Source of the DNA: Eledone cirrhosa
Lineage: Eukaryota
NCBI GenBank assembly: GCA_964016885.1
Contig: OZ024742.1
Location: 46,810,001-46,874,000, forward strand
Direction of reading: 5' to 3'
Length of the DNA stretch: 64,000 nt
A program made the position numbers and the translations under genes. Below the pieces are notes generated by a model. The model was not told the origin of the DNA. It worked only from the letters and a program-made list of their open reading frames with translations, and ran no database searches. Every line of letters begins with the position of its first letter. The stretch's first letter is position 1. Below, in pieces: positions 30,413 through 44,398 of the stretch.

Positions 30413-32550
30413 ATGGACAAATACCCTTTGGACTACTCTGTAAAGAATATCCCAACACCTTCTAACACTCTCTACACGAAAATACTGATAGACAAAGTAG
30501 AGAAGGTTGTTAAAAGAATGAGATGGAAAGCTTTGATTCTCGATGGTCAATTTAACACGGATTCTACGGAATATTTTGACATCAAAACTCACAAATACCC
30601 GCAAAGAGTAAAAGATATGACCGCCTTTGAATTAGACCTAGTTAACCTTATCAACAACATCAATTTTCGTAAGTACTCTAACCCCTTTCAATCTAAATTA
30701 TCTAATGATATTTCTACTTTCAAATCTTCTAATAATAAGTTCATCTTCTCAGATAAAACTAAAAACCTATATGAAGTTAATAATAATTTACACGACCAAC
30801 TATTAATAGATAATATCACCTCTAAATACCAAATAGCTAATATAAATACGTACCATAATATAAATAAGGAAGCTAAAGAATTAGCTGTTTCTTTAAAAAT
30901 AGATAATAGGACAGAAAAACTTGCTAAACGTTCTGCGTATATCACCCTTAAAGATCATAAACCCGACTTTATTAATCGCCCTAGTTGTAGATTAATCAAC
31001 CCTGCTAAGACTGATATTGGTCTTGCCAGCAAAAAAATTTTAAATAAATTAAATACACACATTAGAAGTAAGTCTAAATTACTCCAATGGATAAATAGCT
31101 CTTCCGTAGTACATTGGTTTAATAATATTAAAAACAAAATCAGTTCTAGATTCACCCAATTTGACATCGTAGATTTCTACCCATCTATTACTCAGACCCT
31201 TTTAGTGAAAGCTCTAAATTTCGCTAGAGGGTTCACTAATATTTCCGATATTGAAGAGGATGTCATCTTGCATGCTAGGAACACTCTACTTTTTAATGAT
31301 AATGACACTTGGGTAAAAATATCTAACCCAGAGAATCCATTCGATGTCTCAATGGGCTCTTATGACAGTGCCGAGGTTTGTGATCTGGTCGGCCTATTCC
31401 TCTTACATACACTTAAAGAAAAATTTCCTAACCATATTTTTGGGCTTTATCGCGATGATGGTCTAATACTTTCCCATACCACCATAGGCCATAACTTAGA
31501 TAGATTAAGGAAAGACTTAATAAAAACCTTCGCTAGTTTTAATCTTAAAATTACTATTGACACTAACCTTTCCAACGTAGATTTCCTAGATATAAACCTA
31601 GATTTGCCTACTGCTTCTTATAAACCATACCATAAACCTAATGAAAACTTAAAATATATAAATAAAGGATCTTGCCATCCACCTATAGTTTTTAAAAACC
31701 TTATCCCTAATATTAGCCGTAGGATCTCCACCCTCTCTTCATCAGAAGCTATTTTTAATAAGGCATCCCACTACTATAATAAAGCCCTCCAAAATAGCGG
31801 CTTTAGCGAACCGATTAAATACATACCTAACTACACTAACTCTATTAAACATAAAAATAGGAAAAGAAAAATAATCTGGTTCACACCCCCCTATCTCTAG
31901 CAGTTAAAACTAATGTAGGCAAAAAATTCCTAGAACTCCTAGATAAACATTTCCCTAGAACACATAGATACTATAAGATCTTTAACAGAAACTGTGTTAA
32001 AATTAGCTATTCCTGCGGTCCCCCTATTAAGTCCTATATCCTCAACAAATTATCACCTAGAGAAAATCAAACTTGCTCCTGTAGAATCAAAAGTGAATGC
32101 CCATTACAAGGTAAATGCAACACCAAAGCCATTGTATATGCGGCTAAAGTGACAACCATCAGCAACAACCATCCAGCCACAAGTGAACGATATGTGGGTA
32201 TGACGCAAGACAGATTCAAAACGCGTTATTACTCACATGTCGCATCCTTTCGACATCCAGAAAAAAGATTTACAACAGCTCTGGCTAGCAGAATTTCGGA
32301 TTTGAAAGACCAAGGCATCCAATATAAACTAGATTGGTCAATTTTGAACCAATCTAAAAAATATGCTAGAGGAATAAGAAAATGCACGCTCTGCATAAAT
32401 GAAAAATTTTGGATATTGCAAAATCTTAAATCACCAAAGACCTGCCTGAACACAAAGACGGAAATTTTCACCAGTTGCCCACATATGAAATCACACCTGC
32501 TTTCCAGCTCATATAAACTTAACACACTTTCAGATACTTATCCTCCATAA
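30413..32550 (+). CDS. PLE RT + C-terminal GIY-YIG endonuclease with a single frameshift near 31895
   Basis: Motifs AYITLKDHK, RLINP, FDIVDFYPSI, FDVSMGSYDSAEVCDLVG and GLYRDDGL. After a 1-nt shift the frame stays open through CSCRIKSECPLQGKC, IVY..RYVGMT..FKTRYYSH, CTLCINEK and LNTKTE..CPH. Confidence 0.9.
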
Positions 32551-32932
32551 ACTCTTATTATTCTCTTTTTAATTACCCTTTCTGACTTACTTTCATTTTT
32601 ATCCTTGTCAATAATTTCATTTATTTTCACTTTTATTTAATTTTACTTCACCCCCCCCTTTATTCTCCGATCCACTTCCTATTTTCTATTTTTTACTTCC
32701 CCTTCTTTTACTTCCCCTTTTCCCCCACTAACTGATTACACTTGTCTTTTGTGTTTTTCAATCCAGATATATTTTTCATTTTTATTTTTATTTTATTTTT
32801 GCGCAGCCTATCTTACAATTTTATATTTGTACTTATTTATCCACATTTCAATATGGCTGAACGCCTTAATGTGTGTATACTTTTTATATATGTACATGAG
32901 TGACTACGTATGTGCGCGCGCGTGCGTGTATG

Positions 32933-32977
<45 letters not shown>

Positions 32978-33936
32978 ATGTATATGTGTGTGTACAGGTG
33001 TGTGTGTGCGTGTGTATGTATATATTATGCATATGTGTGCGTGTCTTTATATCCGTGTTTTTGACATCTCGGTTTTATGTTTTGTTCCTTTTTTCTTCTC
33101 CCCCCCCTTCCCTCTTTTTTTACTTACTCAGTTTCATACGTGGGCATGCTAACAGGTTTATATGCGTGAGTATAAGTGTGTGTGTGTGTGTGTGTGTATG
33201 TACGTATCGAACGTATGGAAGTGTAAGTGCGCGTGTGTATATAAGCATAATTATTTTTATATTTCTTTTGTGAGACACGCGTGTCTGTGTATGTATGTAC
33301 CCCTCTTTTTTTGTTTTCTTTAATTTTTTCTTTCTAATATCTTTTCTTTCTAATTTATCGTTATTATATTTTTATAAATATATCGAGACCGATACTTTTC
33401 TTTTAATTATTACACTCCCTTTACCTCCTTTCTTTCCGCATCTAAGTGTACGAGTGTCCAGGCGTTTTATGCGCGCGCTTTCATATTCATATATTTACGA
33501 TGTAACCATTTCTGTCTGTATAATACAGACATATAGATACATTCGCCCTAAATTTTAGAATTACGCACACTTTCTCACTATACATTTACATGTGCACATA
33601 TACATATATGCACATCTGTGAGCGTATATACATACATATACACACACCTAACTATACTTCTTGATAGATTTTTATATATTTCAATTTCTATTTCATTTAT
33701 CTATATCCTTTTTTTGATTTTCTTGATGTGTTTTTCTAAGTATTTGCCCATGTTTTTTATTGCCTCGTCTGACGAACGAATGAAGTCGTTTATTTCGTAT
33801 TCGCCTCTTTCGGGAAACCTCTGGTAATGAGGTAATTATATTGTATTGATTTTTATACATTAAATTTTGCTCTGATACTTACATAGAGCACTCTTCATTT
33901 CTATGACCTTTTCTGTTTCCAACGGAAATTTCAATA

Positions 33937-34017
<81 letters not shown>

Positions 34018-34185
34018 TTATATATATATATCTATACACACATATACATGTGCATACGCCCGTGCGTGCGCATGTGTACGTATGTACCGGTATGCAACTG
34101 CAGATACACATGTGTATACCTGTGTGCACGTGTGTGCACATGCACATGCACACATGTACATACGCACACATACACACACACGCAC

Positions 34186-34693
34186 ACAAAAATTAAATCA
34201 GCAAACCACCTCCGAACCCAATCCCCGGACTGGGGCTTTGTGTAATTGCCTAAATAAGGAAGCATGCCCACTTGAAAACAAATGCCTCACAAATGATATC
34301 GTATACAAATGCGATGTCATCTCAGGCACCGATGATTGCAATAACAAAAAAACTTACATCGGCATGACCTCCAATAATTTTAAGACCCGTTGGTATGCCC
34401 ATACCCACTCCTTCAGAAGACCGGATAAATCAAACCAGACAACACTCGCCTCCTATGTTTGGGACCTCAAAAGGAACTCCACCCCCTTCACGCTTAAATG
34501 GAAAATACTCCAGAGAGCGCGCTCTTACAACGGAGGACACAACGGCTGCGACCTTTGTATCTCAGAGAGCTACGAAATTTTATTCGCCAAGGGCCCGCTA
34601 CTGAACAAACTCTCTGAACACTGCCCGAACTGCATGCACAAGAACTTTGCAACTTTCAAATACTTTAAGCCAGTGTTAAAGCCCGATGGCTAA
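34186..34693 (+). pseudogene. PLE GIY-YIG endonuclease domain (5'-truncated copy related to 30413-32550)
   Basis: [47 protein letters not shown]. Confidence 0.88.
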
Positions 34694-35032
34694 AAACGAC
34701 CTCCTCCTTTTAGCCCCTATACCTCCTCCCCACCTTACACCACCCCTCCTCAACCTGAAATACGGCCATTATGGTTATGTGAGTACCTCTTACCTATCTG
34801 CATTTTCTGCCTGTAGAGCTGTTTTTATGTGCCTGTGTATATGCGTATATTTATTGAGTACTTATTTATTTGTATGTGTATATATATATATATGTGTGTA
34901 TGTGTATGTATATGTATATGTATATGTATATATATGTGTGTGTATGTATATATATATGTATATATATATATATATATGTGTGTGTATATGTATGTGTATG
35001 TGTGTGTATATATATATATATATATGTATGTG

Positions 35033-35063
<31 letters not shown>

Positions 35064-35158
35064 ATGTGTATGTATATATATGTATGTATATGTGTGTTTG
35101 TGTATATAGGCGTATGTATGTGTGTATACATTTGTGTATATGTATACATATATATATA

Positions 35159-36695
35159 GTATTAAGGGTACTATTTATGGTTATGTATGCAATAAAACCT
35201 TTAATGGTAATATATTATATATACACAAACCCTAAATAGTGAGAGATAGTTATTAATTACTATCCTATTACCAGTAAGATAAGTAGCTCAATATAATAAC
35301 ATCAGTTGTTTTACAGAGCAGTTATATAGAGATTACAGTAATCAAAGTGCAGTTTAAGTCATTTATTTGCTTACAATTCTTTCCTCCAAACCGAGGTTTG
35401 GATTCTTCGGAGCAACTATTTATGTTGATATGAACTCCTTTAGTACCTATTAATAGACTCCACTCAAGCTTGTGGATGTGATACATAATTGATTTATATT
35501 TGAGACGGGGGTTGTCTATTGCTTGATGGCCAGACTAGTGCATTTATATCAGAGATTGGATCTCCGGACCATACCGAAGATTTACTGGAGATGCAGGCAT
35601 GCAATGACCCGGAGCCTACCGGGTAGCATATATAATAGTGGGACCATACCAGGTCCTACTGTTATATTACATTTGCATGGAGCAGTGACTTGAGAGTCTG
35701 ACTCATCTTATAGAACGTTCAGATATGACACCCCTTAATTAATGGATGGTAATCATCCTAATATATACACCCTTGTACTTCTTAATGGACAACTCTCTAA
35801 CCTATAAATGGGTAACATACTCTAGATATTAGTTATAACTTCACATGATAGGCACGTATTTGAATCACCATTAATGTAGTTAAGGATAGTAATGTAACTA
35901 AGATAACTAGCTAGTTACCTCCCCTTACGCATTAATTCCCCTTAGTCATTCAGTCACTTCCGGAATCTGGACAGCATGATATATTAATTAAGAACCGACT
36001 GGATACGGTTTATAGCTTGACTATATGCTGAACCACCGCGAATTATACGATAGACGTGTATTCTCTATATATATATTGCGTTTCATGGATTATGTGAGTG
36101 GTGGTGTGAGCAAGGACAGTGGTACGGCCTTGCCTACGATACAATAAGGTTTATAGTATGTTGAAGGTTTTTGATATTTTGGTGTTTCCCCGAATCGGAG
36201 ACTGTATATCATACAGATGTATGAGAATAAATGACTTAATAATTCAGCCTACATAATAAGATCGATTCCCTGCTTCAACTGCCTGACCCTGCAAATATCA
36301 TTCTGACGCACTCTAATCATGTATAGATAAGACACGCGTGCATGCTACACGTGAGATTGTTTCATGCACTGACTACTCTAAGCTTTCCTCTTGCTTTATC
36401 TTCATAGACTGCCAACGCTTCATGTTTATCTTTATTTTCACTCTTATTTTCACTCTTGTTTTTATTTTATTTTTATCCTGTAACCTTTATATGTAAATTG
36501 CCATGCTATATCATTTGATGAATGTCACCCCACTGTTGATCAATATGCGCATATGTTTTATGTGTCCCTTGGGATGAAAAGGAGGTCAAGTATGTTATAA
36601 ATAGTTGCTCCGAAGAATCCAAACCTCGGTTTGGAGGAAACAATTGTAAGCAAATAAATGACTTAAACTGAACTTTGATTACTGTAATCTCTATA
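35159..36695. mobile_element. Non-coding fold-back PLE derivative (family C)
   Basis: Inverted arms at about 35325-35424 and 36597-36695, each with an HHR motif. The unpaired tail 35159-35324 is homologous to 40796-40923. Confidence 0.7.
36605..36653 (+). ncRNA. Type I HHR motif with CCGAAGA (U4C) core
   Basis: TTGCT CCGAAGA A TCCAAACC TC GGTTTGGA G GAAAC AATT GTA AGCAA. Related copies at 35367-35415 (-), about 40962-41010 (-) and about 41571-41620 (+). Confidence 0.7.
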
Positions 36696-36696
36696 C

Positions 36697-36728
<32 letters not shown>

Positions 36729-36807
36729 GTATATGTGTATGTGTGTGTGTGTGTGTATATGTATATATATGTATATGTATATATATATGTATATATATAT
36801 ATATATG

Positions 36808-36905
<98 letters not shown>

Positions 36906-37367
36906 ATCAAAAGATGGTTATATGAGTTCCATGTATTTTATTATGCGCATTTCAAAAACAAATATCATCATGCAATGACATTTGTGTTTTCATCAGATCA
37001 AATAGGAGGACATGATATGAAGGTTAAAAAACACTTGTGGATAATACAGTTTTAAATCAACATATGAAAAGTAGTTTTAGATTGATGTGTGATATTGGGG
37101 AAAACATTTTTTTGAGGGGGGGAGGTTGGAAAGGATGAAAAAGAGGAGGAGATGAGAGTAAAAAGTGGAGGGGGAGGAGTATAGTGAGGAAGGATGAGAT
37201 AGGAGGAGAGATGGGTGATAGAGAGAGAGAGATAGCTTTTATAAGTGAGAAAAATATATTGTTTTACATAGAGAGGTTGAAAAAACCGTTGGAAGATAAT
37301 GTATAAATTAAAAGAATTTGAAAATTAACGAAGAGAAAAATAATGTAAAGTTAAGGTTTGTATATTG

Positions 37368-37535
37368 AAGGGTTTAATAATATGTGCGATGAAAAGAAAT
37401 TGTTAATATGTATTAAGAATAATATTTAAGGGTTTAATAATATGTGCGATGGAAAGAAAATGTTAATATGTATTAAGAATAATATTTAAGGGTTTAATAA
37501 TATGTGCGATGGAAAGAAAATGTTGATATGTATTA
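37368..37535. repeat. 60-bp tandem repeat, about 2.8 copies
   Basis: AAGGGTTTAATAATATGTGCGATG... recurs at 37368, 37428 and 37488. Confidence 0.85.
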
Positions 37536-37735
37536 TTAAAAAAACAGAAGTAATGTAAGTAAGGATATATTGTGAGATGAGCATAAATAAGTTAGATGAA
37601 AGGGAGAAAAAAATAATGAATAGAGGATGAATAATCTAACGTCAAAAAATGTTTATGTTTATGAAGGATTTTTTCAAGGTGATATGAAGTAAGAATATGG
37701 TGTATTGTGTAATAATTGGAGATGCAAGTTGATGT

Positions 37736-39125
37736 CAACACACCTTCAGGACACAAGCAGGGAACCTGTCGGGGTCTACTGCTGAATTGTGTTTAATTTC
37801 GTTTATTGCCGCTAAGACATCAGGGGCGCCAAACGTTATGTCTGATATAGTGTGTGGGGGATTAACATCACTGATAAGGCCCAGATCGGCCATATCAGGA
37901 TTGCTGAAAACAGAGCAGTATTCTTTCTGCAGTATCTCGCCCATGGCTTTGGCAATGTCTTGGAGTGTGCCATTTTCATCAACTAGAGGGCCAACAGTGG
38001 AGACGGCGACGTTGCGTTTTTTAGCAAATGAAAAGAACACTTTGGGGTTGAGTTTGATTTTCTCAATGGCACACATCTCTTCAGCTATTCTCTGGTTATT
38101 GATGATGGTCATCATGCATTGTTGGAGGTTATAAATTGTTTTGACTCAAGCAGGGCAATAGCCATCGAATGTGTGTGTTGCTGTTGGCAGTATTTTAGTG
38201 TGTTAATTTTTTTGTTTGTTCTCTTTAATTTTCTGATAATTGTTTTTTCTGTTTTGGGGGATACTGCACTTGGTTTTGTCACAGGTTATGGTGGGGTGTG
38301 TTTTGTACATATATTTGTGACAGTGTCTACAAAGATCTGCCAAGATATTTTGATGTTGGTGGAAGTGTGTGCGTGTGTAAAAGACCAGTCGACACGTGAC
38401 AGTTCGTTCATAATTGCATCTCAGTTGGCATTGTAGAGATCCATGTTATCAAATGGGTGGGCTGGAAAGAGGACCCTGGGATTATCTGACGGCTGGTGGA
38501 ATCTCAGGTTATATAGAACCATGTTATGGTCTGAGAGAAGGGTTTTTTCCACTGTAATATTATGTATAGTGTTAGTGAAGTTACTAAACACTAGATCCAG
38601 AATGTTCTTCTGATGCCTCGTTGTTGCAAAGACAATTTGGGACAAGAAAAACTCATTCATGAAATCCAGAAGTGACTCGACAGCTTCTTTGTCAGTGGTT
38701 GAGGCTGTGGTGCCTGTTTTCAAATTACATGTAGACCAATCGACACAGGGTAGTTTAAAGTCTCCCATCAAAAGTATGTTGCTAGAATGGCACTGTTTAA
38801 TAAAGCATTTAATGCTGTTGAGGCATCCTTTGAAGCAGATTATGGGTGTTTGTGGTGGCCTATAGAGCCCAACTAATGTCAGGTCATTGGCTTTATTTTG
38901 CACAGTGACTGATTCACAGTATCCATTGGAGAATGTTGTGGTACCATATGCCGTAAAGGAATCATGCAGGAAAATGGCAATTCCACCCTTCCTTCTGCCA
39001 ACACGATCCGCGCACGGATGGTTGTGAAATTTCTCACTCTTACTTCGTCCTCCAAGTGGGAGTTGTCAAGGTGGGTCTCAGTAAGAATGAAGAAGGGGAT
39101 GTAAAATGGATGGTTACCAATCCAA
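37736..39125 (-). pseudogene. LINE ORF2 5' part (APE endonuclease plus linker), CR1/L2 group
   Basis: ILTETHL, GLYRPP, LLMGDFKLP..DW, TR..NILDLVFSN, LSDH, NPKVFFSF and SAVDPDRFPACVLK. Confidence 0.88.
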
Positions 39126-39249
39126 TCCTCATATATACATATATATAAATATACATATATATATGTATATATACGTATATACATATATATATATATATGT
39201 ATATGTACATATATAAACATATATATATGTTTATATATATATACATATA

Positions 39250-39550
39250 ACAAAGGAATTGTGGTAAGGAACGAGATGGACCATAATGCACCAGAGTACT
39301 CTATAGGGTAGTAGAGTGGGAAATAGGAAAAACTATGACCCCGACGGCAGAGCTCAAGCCGTTTCGACGGTCCAGAAATAGCCGTCGAAACGGCTTGAGC
39401 TCTGCCGTATATATATATATATACAACGAAGGAAATGTGGTAAGGAACCAGGTGGACCATAACGCACAAAAGTACTCAATACTTAGGGTAGTAGAGTGGG
39501 TAATAGGAACGAGTAGGACCCCGACGGCTGAGCTCAAGCCGTTAGACGGC
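39250..39550. repeat. About 120-bp direct duplication with a perfect 27-bp-arm hairpin (39344-39408)
   Basis: 39250-39370 is similar to 39425-39550. ACGGCAGAGCTCAAGCCGTTTCGACGG and its reverse complement are separated by 11 nt. Confidence 0.8.
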
Positions 39551-40755
39551 TAAATCTGGACTAAATGAACATTTTTATCCTGGTATATGAATAGCCGAGC
39601 TTCTCGGGGGGTAATTCCATATATGGTAAAAGTGATTGTCACAAAGATTGGTCAAAAGTTTGTTGTTGAGACACATAATTCTATCATGGCAATGTGTGGA
39701 AGGAAGGGGTAGCTGAACCTGCCAGTAGAAGAAAGAGGGAGAGGGGGTGGAGGAAACCTAGTCGTGCGTTGATAGTGCCAACTACAGCAGGGCAGGAGGT
39801 CAAGGAAGTATACTAGGGAGGGGGAGGGGGAGGAAGTCGAAACAATAAGTAAAACAATATGGGGTAAATATATAGAAGAATACCGAGAATGTTAAAAAAA
39901 CAAATATAAAAAAAAACAATTTCTGGTAACTATTCCCTAACGACAGCCATCAAGTCTCTCACTGGTATTGCTAGACTATAGAAAAGTTTACTAGGTGGGA
40001 CGGAATTATAATGAGACCCTTTTAAGAAGTAGTAGTAATCAACCGAGTATATCTTACGGTGACGGGTCAACAAGTGGGGGGGGGGGGGGCCAAAATACTA
40101 AAGAAACTACCAGGAAATAATAATTCAGAGTCCCGAGACTAATACGAAATAATTGTTTCTTCCCTAGGCACAAGGCCAGCAACCACCCAGTGCACAAAAT
40201 AAACTAATACGAAATAATAATTCAGAATCCCGAAAAAGAATACTAATACTATCTCTAAGGGTGCCGCTACGATACAAAAATTCTAGTGCAAACTACATAA
40301 ATGCTCGTACGAAGTATATGAAAAATTTGATACGGTAAATTAATTCAGAATCCCCCACCCCCACTCCACCCCCCAAAAATAAATACTGATATACGAGAAA
40401 TTAAAGCAAAGATACCACTAAGAAATGTAGAAAGCACGGAAAAGGGGCAGCCATCGGATAAGAAAGAAAGTATCCGGGGTCTATCACATCTGCTATGAAA
40501 AGCAAAGTCGGCCAATTCTATCATAGAATAGGGGAAGGGGGTGGGGGTACTGAGGCTACAAAGGACCGAGGGGCTGCCTCAGGTGGGCGAGAAAGTGAAA
40601 AGGACAACGACAAAGAAAGAGGACTGGGGTGGAAGGACTAGGAAGGGATGGGGCGAAGAAGGAAAAATAGAGGAAGCGATGTCTACCTGTTTTATTAATC
40701 ATTCTTTATCTACACTCCGGAATATAGAAGAATCGGAAACCAAGTTTCTTTAATA

Positions 40756-40795
<40 letters not shown>

Positions 40796-40801
<6 letters not shown>

Positions 40802-41654
40802 GGATACTATTTATGGTTATGTATATGTTAAACATTAAAGAGTGAAGGTCAGTAATTTATTATACCTTATTACCAGTAATAGCTCAATGTAGTAACATCA
40901 GTTGTTCTACAGAGCAGTTATATAGAATTCACAAGAATCAAAGCTATGTTCAAAGCATTTATTCACTTACAATTGTTTCATCCAAACCTAGGCTTGGTGG
41001 CTTCGGAGCATTTTTCAATGTTTGCACATATAATTGACCTCCTTTCCAACGCAAGAGACATAGAGATACATATATATATATATTGATGTACAATGGAGTG
41101 ACATATATTACACTATACTATTTTTGTACAGCAATTAAAAATAAAAATAAAAATAAAAATAAAAATAAAAATAAAAATAAAAATAAAAATAAAAATAAAA
41201 ATAAAAATAAAAATAAAAATAAAAATAAAAATAAAAATAAAAATAAAAATAAAAATAAAAATAAAAATAAAAATAAAAATAAAAATACATTCGGCAGATA
41301 ACACAGATAATGCAGATAATGCAGGAGGATAGTTTGATAGTCAGATCTAGTAGGTAGTGTATGCGTTAGTTACACATGGAGCATGCAAGTGTGTCTCATT
41401 TTTATACGATTATTTTAATTTTGATTTTGATTTTGATCTTGAATTTGAATTGCTGTACAAAAATAGTATAGTGTAATATATGTGACTCCACTTTACATCA
41501 ATATATATATATGTATCTGTATGTCTCTTGCGTCGGAAAGGAGGTCAATTATATGTGCAAACATTGAAAAATGTTCCGAAGACTCCAAGCCTAGTTTTCG
41601 ATGAAACAATTGTAAGTGAATAAATGCTTTGAACATAGCTTTGATTCTTGTGAA

Positions 41655-41660
<6 letters not shown>
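40796..41660. mobile_element. Fold-back PLE derivative (family C) with (ATAAAA)n expansion
   Basis: Inverted arms at about 40924-41136 and 41448-41658, with about 25 copies of ATAAAA at 41136-41286. The tail is shared with 35159-35324. Confidence 0.75.
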
Positions 41661-41697
<37 letters not shown>

Positions 41698-41699
41698 AA

Positions 41700-41970
41700 T
41701 GGAATAGAATGAATCGAAATTTCATTTCTTACTCTTAGTACGGCATTTACTTAAATGTAAGTATGTATGTATGTATACGTACATACATATATGTATACAG
41801 ACGTACAGTAGTATGTATATATATACATACATGCACATATATATATATATGTGTGTATGTATGTATATATATACATATATATATATATATGTGCATATAT
41901 GTATATATATACATACTACTGTACGTCTGTATACATATATGTATGTACGTATACATACATACTTACATTT
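41700..41970. repeat. Fold-back element (family D), related to 57202-57605
   Basis: Shares the terminus GGAATAGAATGAA.CGAAATTTCATTTC. Palindromic arms at about 41753-41830 and 41895-41970. Confidence 0.75.
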
Positions 41971-42650
41971 ATATATATATTTGTATATATACATATAACT
42001 TTGATAACTTTGATAGGTTTCGGCCAGTATTGGCCCAGGCCATGTCTAACGTAATAGCACCACCAGGCGAAGTCTTACAAATCAGTGTTTGGGCACCATG
42101 ACCCACTCGAACAGTGAGTTATTGTTTACGGAGGCATACCCGGGTGTAGGAGGCTTCTCCGGGTTTTCTTGAAGGAATTTCTCCAAAGACTTCTTGAACT
42201 TGATGGGGTCTGTTTCTGCTTTGATGTGTTTTGGTGTAATGTTAAAGAGAGCAGCGCCAATTGAGGTTTATTAATTGTGCCGTATTGTTGGTATGAGATG
42301 CGAGTGAGATTTTTGTCGTGGGCGGATAGCACGGGGCCCAAGTCTTGGGTGTACATTAAAGGTGATGCCAACATCATTTAGGAAAAGCTGATGGAATAGT
42401 TCTCCCATCAAGCAGGTAATGTAGCGCTCACGGCGACGTTGGAGAGAAAAATATATGTAATTTCACTTCACACAGGTAATACTAGACTGCGTGCGAGAGG
42501 TGTAAGGGAGATAACTGCGAAAGTCCGGAAAGATTTTAGGTTGAAAATAAAATTAAAATAAAATTAAAAATAATATTACAAAGAATCAGTCCGGAGCCTT
42601 GTAGTTATGCAATAGATGTTTGGTGACGTGTGGACAACGTGTGAAAAATT

Positions 42651-42746
<96 letters not shown>

Positions 42747-44398
42747 TTTATATATGTGCGTCTACTTTTATTGTCAGCATGACCCTCCCAAAGTATGATA
42801 ATATATATATATATGAATGGATGATTCTACCTTCAATAGTATGATCATATTGGTTATATCCTTTTTTCTTTGGTTAATGTACGAGCATCACATTTCTTTT
42901 TTATCTGCTTCGAAACCAATAAATACGAAATGAATAAATACTATTTAAACAAGATCTGTGGATGGTATAATTGATATAACACAGATCAAAATGCTCCTGC
43001 AATATTTCTTTAACTCTGTATGGTCTGAGTTTAAATCGCAACAGGATCAGCTTTACTTACATAGCACAATAAAAGTAACTACATTCAAACAAAAAAAATA
43101 TTATGATTTTATGCTTAAAACGCATGTACAGTAATTGAATTTGCTAACTTTTTAAGTTAATTTCAGACCGGTTCGATTTATTTATTACTAGAGATACCAG
43201 ATATTGTAGTTTGGTAGAATAGACGATTCCAGTGTTCTACAAAATAGTTCAATATAGATTCATCACTATAAAAGATGTTTAATCTTCCAAGCGTATATTC
43301 TTCAACAACAATTTAAATTCATTCTGGTTTCCACGAATTGAGAACGTAACTGAAATACATGCAATCCATTTAGTTTCACCATAAGTAAACACAGAAAGTC
43401 TTCAATTACAATAGTGAGATCAATAAAATATTTCAACGGAGAGTGGCAACCTCATTTTATTTTCATCCACAAGTCTATTGGATAATATACAGTCTCTCTT
43501 TCAATTTACTTCCCTCAACTCTACACACCACTTTCACGCCTCGAGTAAATTAAACGTTCACTGTGTGTTGCTATAATTTCTTGTGGTAAAAATACTAAGA
43601 CAATTGCTTGAAGACATAACGAAATTAATATATTTGCAAATAAAATCAGTTTCAATGCCAAAAATATTATGTTATATATAATAGAAGAATATTAAATAAG
43701 CTTTATTATATGTATAATATCCTTATCATATCTTTTAATTATTAACATGCGCAAAATTACCTTCAGATTCCTTCGTAAGGACGTATATCGGCTTTTACTA
43801 TCTGTACATATACACGCTACTTACTTTTAAATATAAATTCTGTTAACATATATACTCTTGCTTATTTTAATTATTATTTTCATTTTCTAACACCATCGAG
43901 CATAAGAAAATATTATGTTAGGAAATTTTATTCTATAATTCAAAACGTTTTTGCTTTAATTCTTACTTCTTGAAATCTTAATAAAATATATCTTTGATGT
44001 TTTTATCTTTTAAAGAATTTATAACACAACCTCTTTATTTTCTGTCGCATATGCTCATAAATCGTGCCGAATTCATGGTTTTGTTTGATTTTTCTTAATT
44101 TTCTCTTCTGAAGTAGTAAATGTTAGAATAAATGAGAATATAGAAACAATTTAGAAAAAAAAAAAAGATAAACGCAAAGAATCACTTAACAAAATCCACC
44201 AGCGTTAAGATTTAAGTGTGTGCATATCTAAGGCAATATTTGAATAAAAGTAATAGTGTGGATTTGAATATGCTTCAATAATATTTCAAATCTATGCATT
44301 AGGAATCTAAGTATTTATCTCACCAATGTTTAAAGCAATATATATATATATATAGTAATAATAATAAATTGAAGACTAAAATCCAAAGAGGGCTCGAG

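Larger units (their letters stand above)
29536..33942 (+). mobile_element. Near full-length Penelope-like element with direct pseudo-LTRs (probably Hydra-like clade)
   Basis: About 765-bp direct repeats (29536-30299 and 33179-33942, offset 3643) flank an RT + GIY-YIG ORF. Ends in (TA)n. Confidence 0.93.

Noticed and set aside
42000-42450. Possible minus-strand retroelement N-terminal coding remnant
   Set aside because: No diagnostic motif could be identified.
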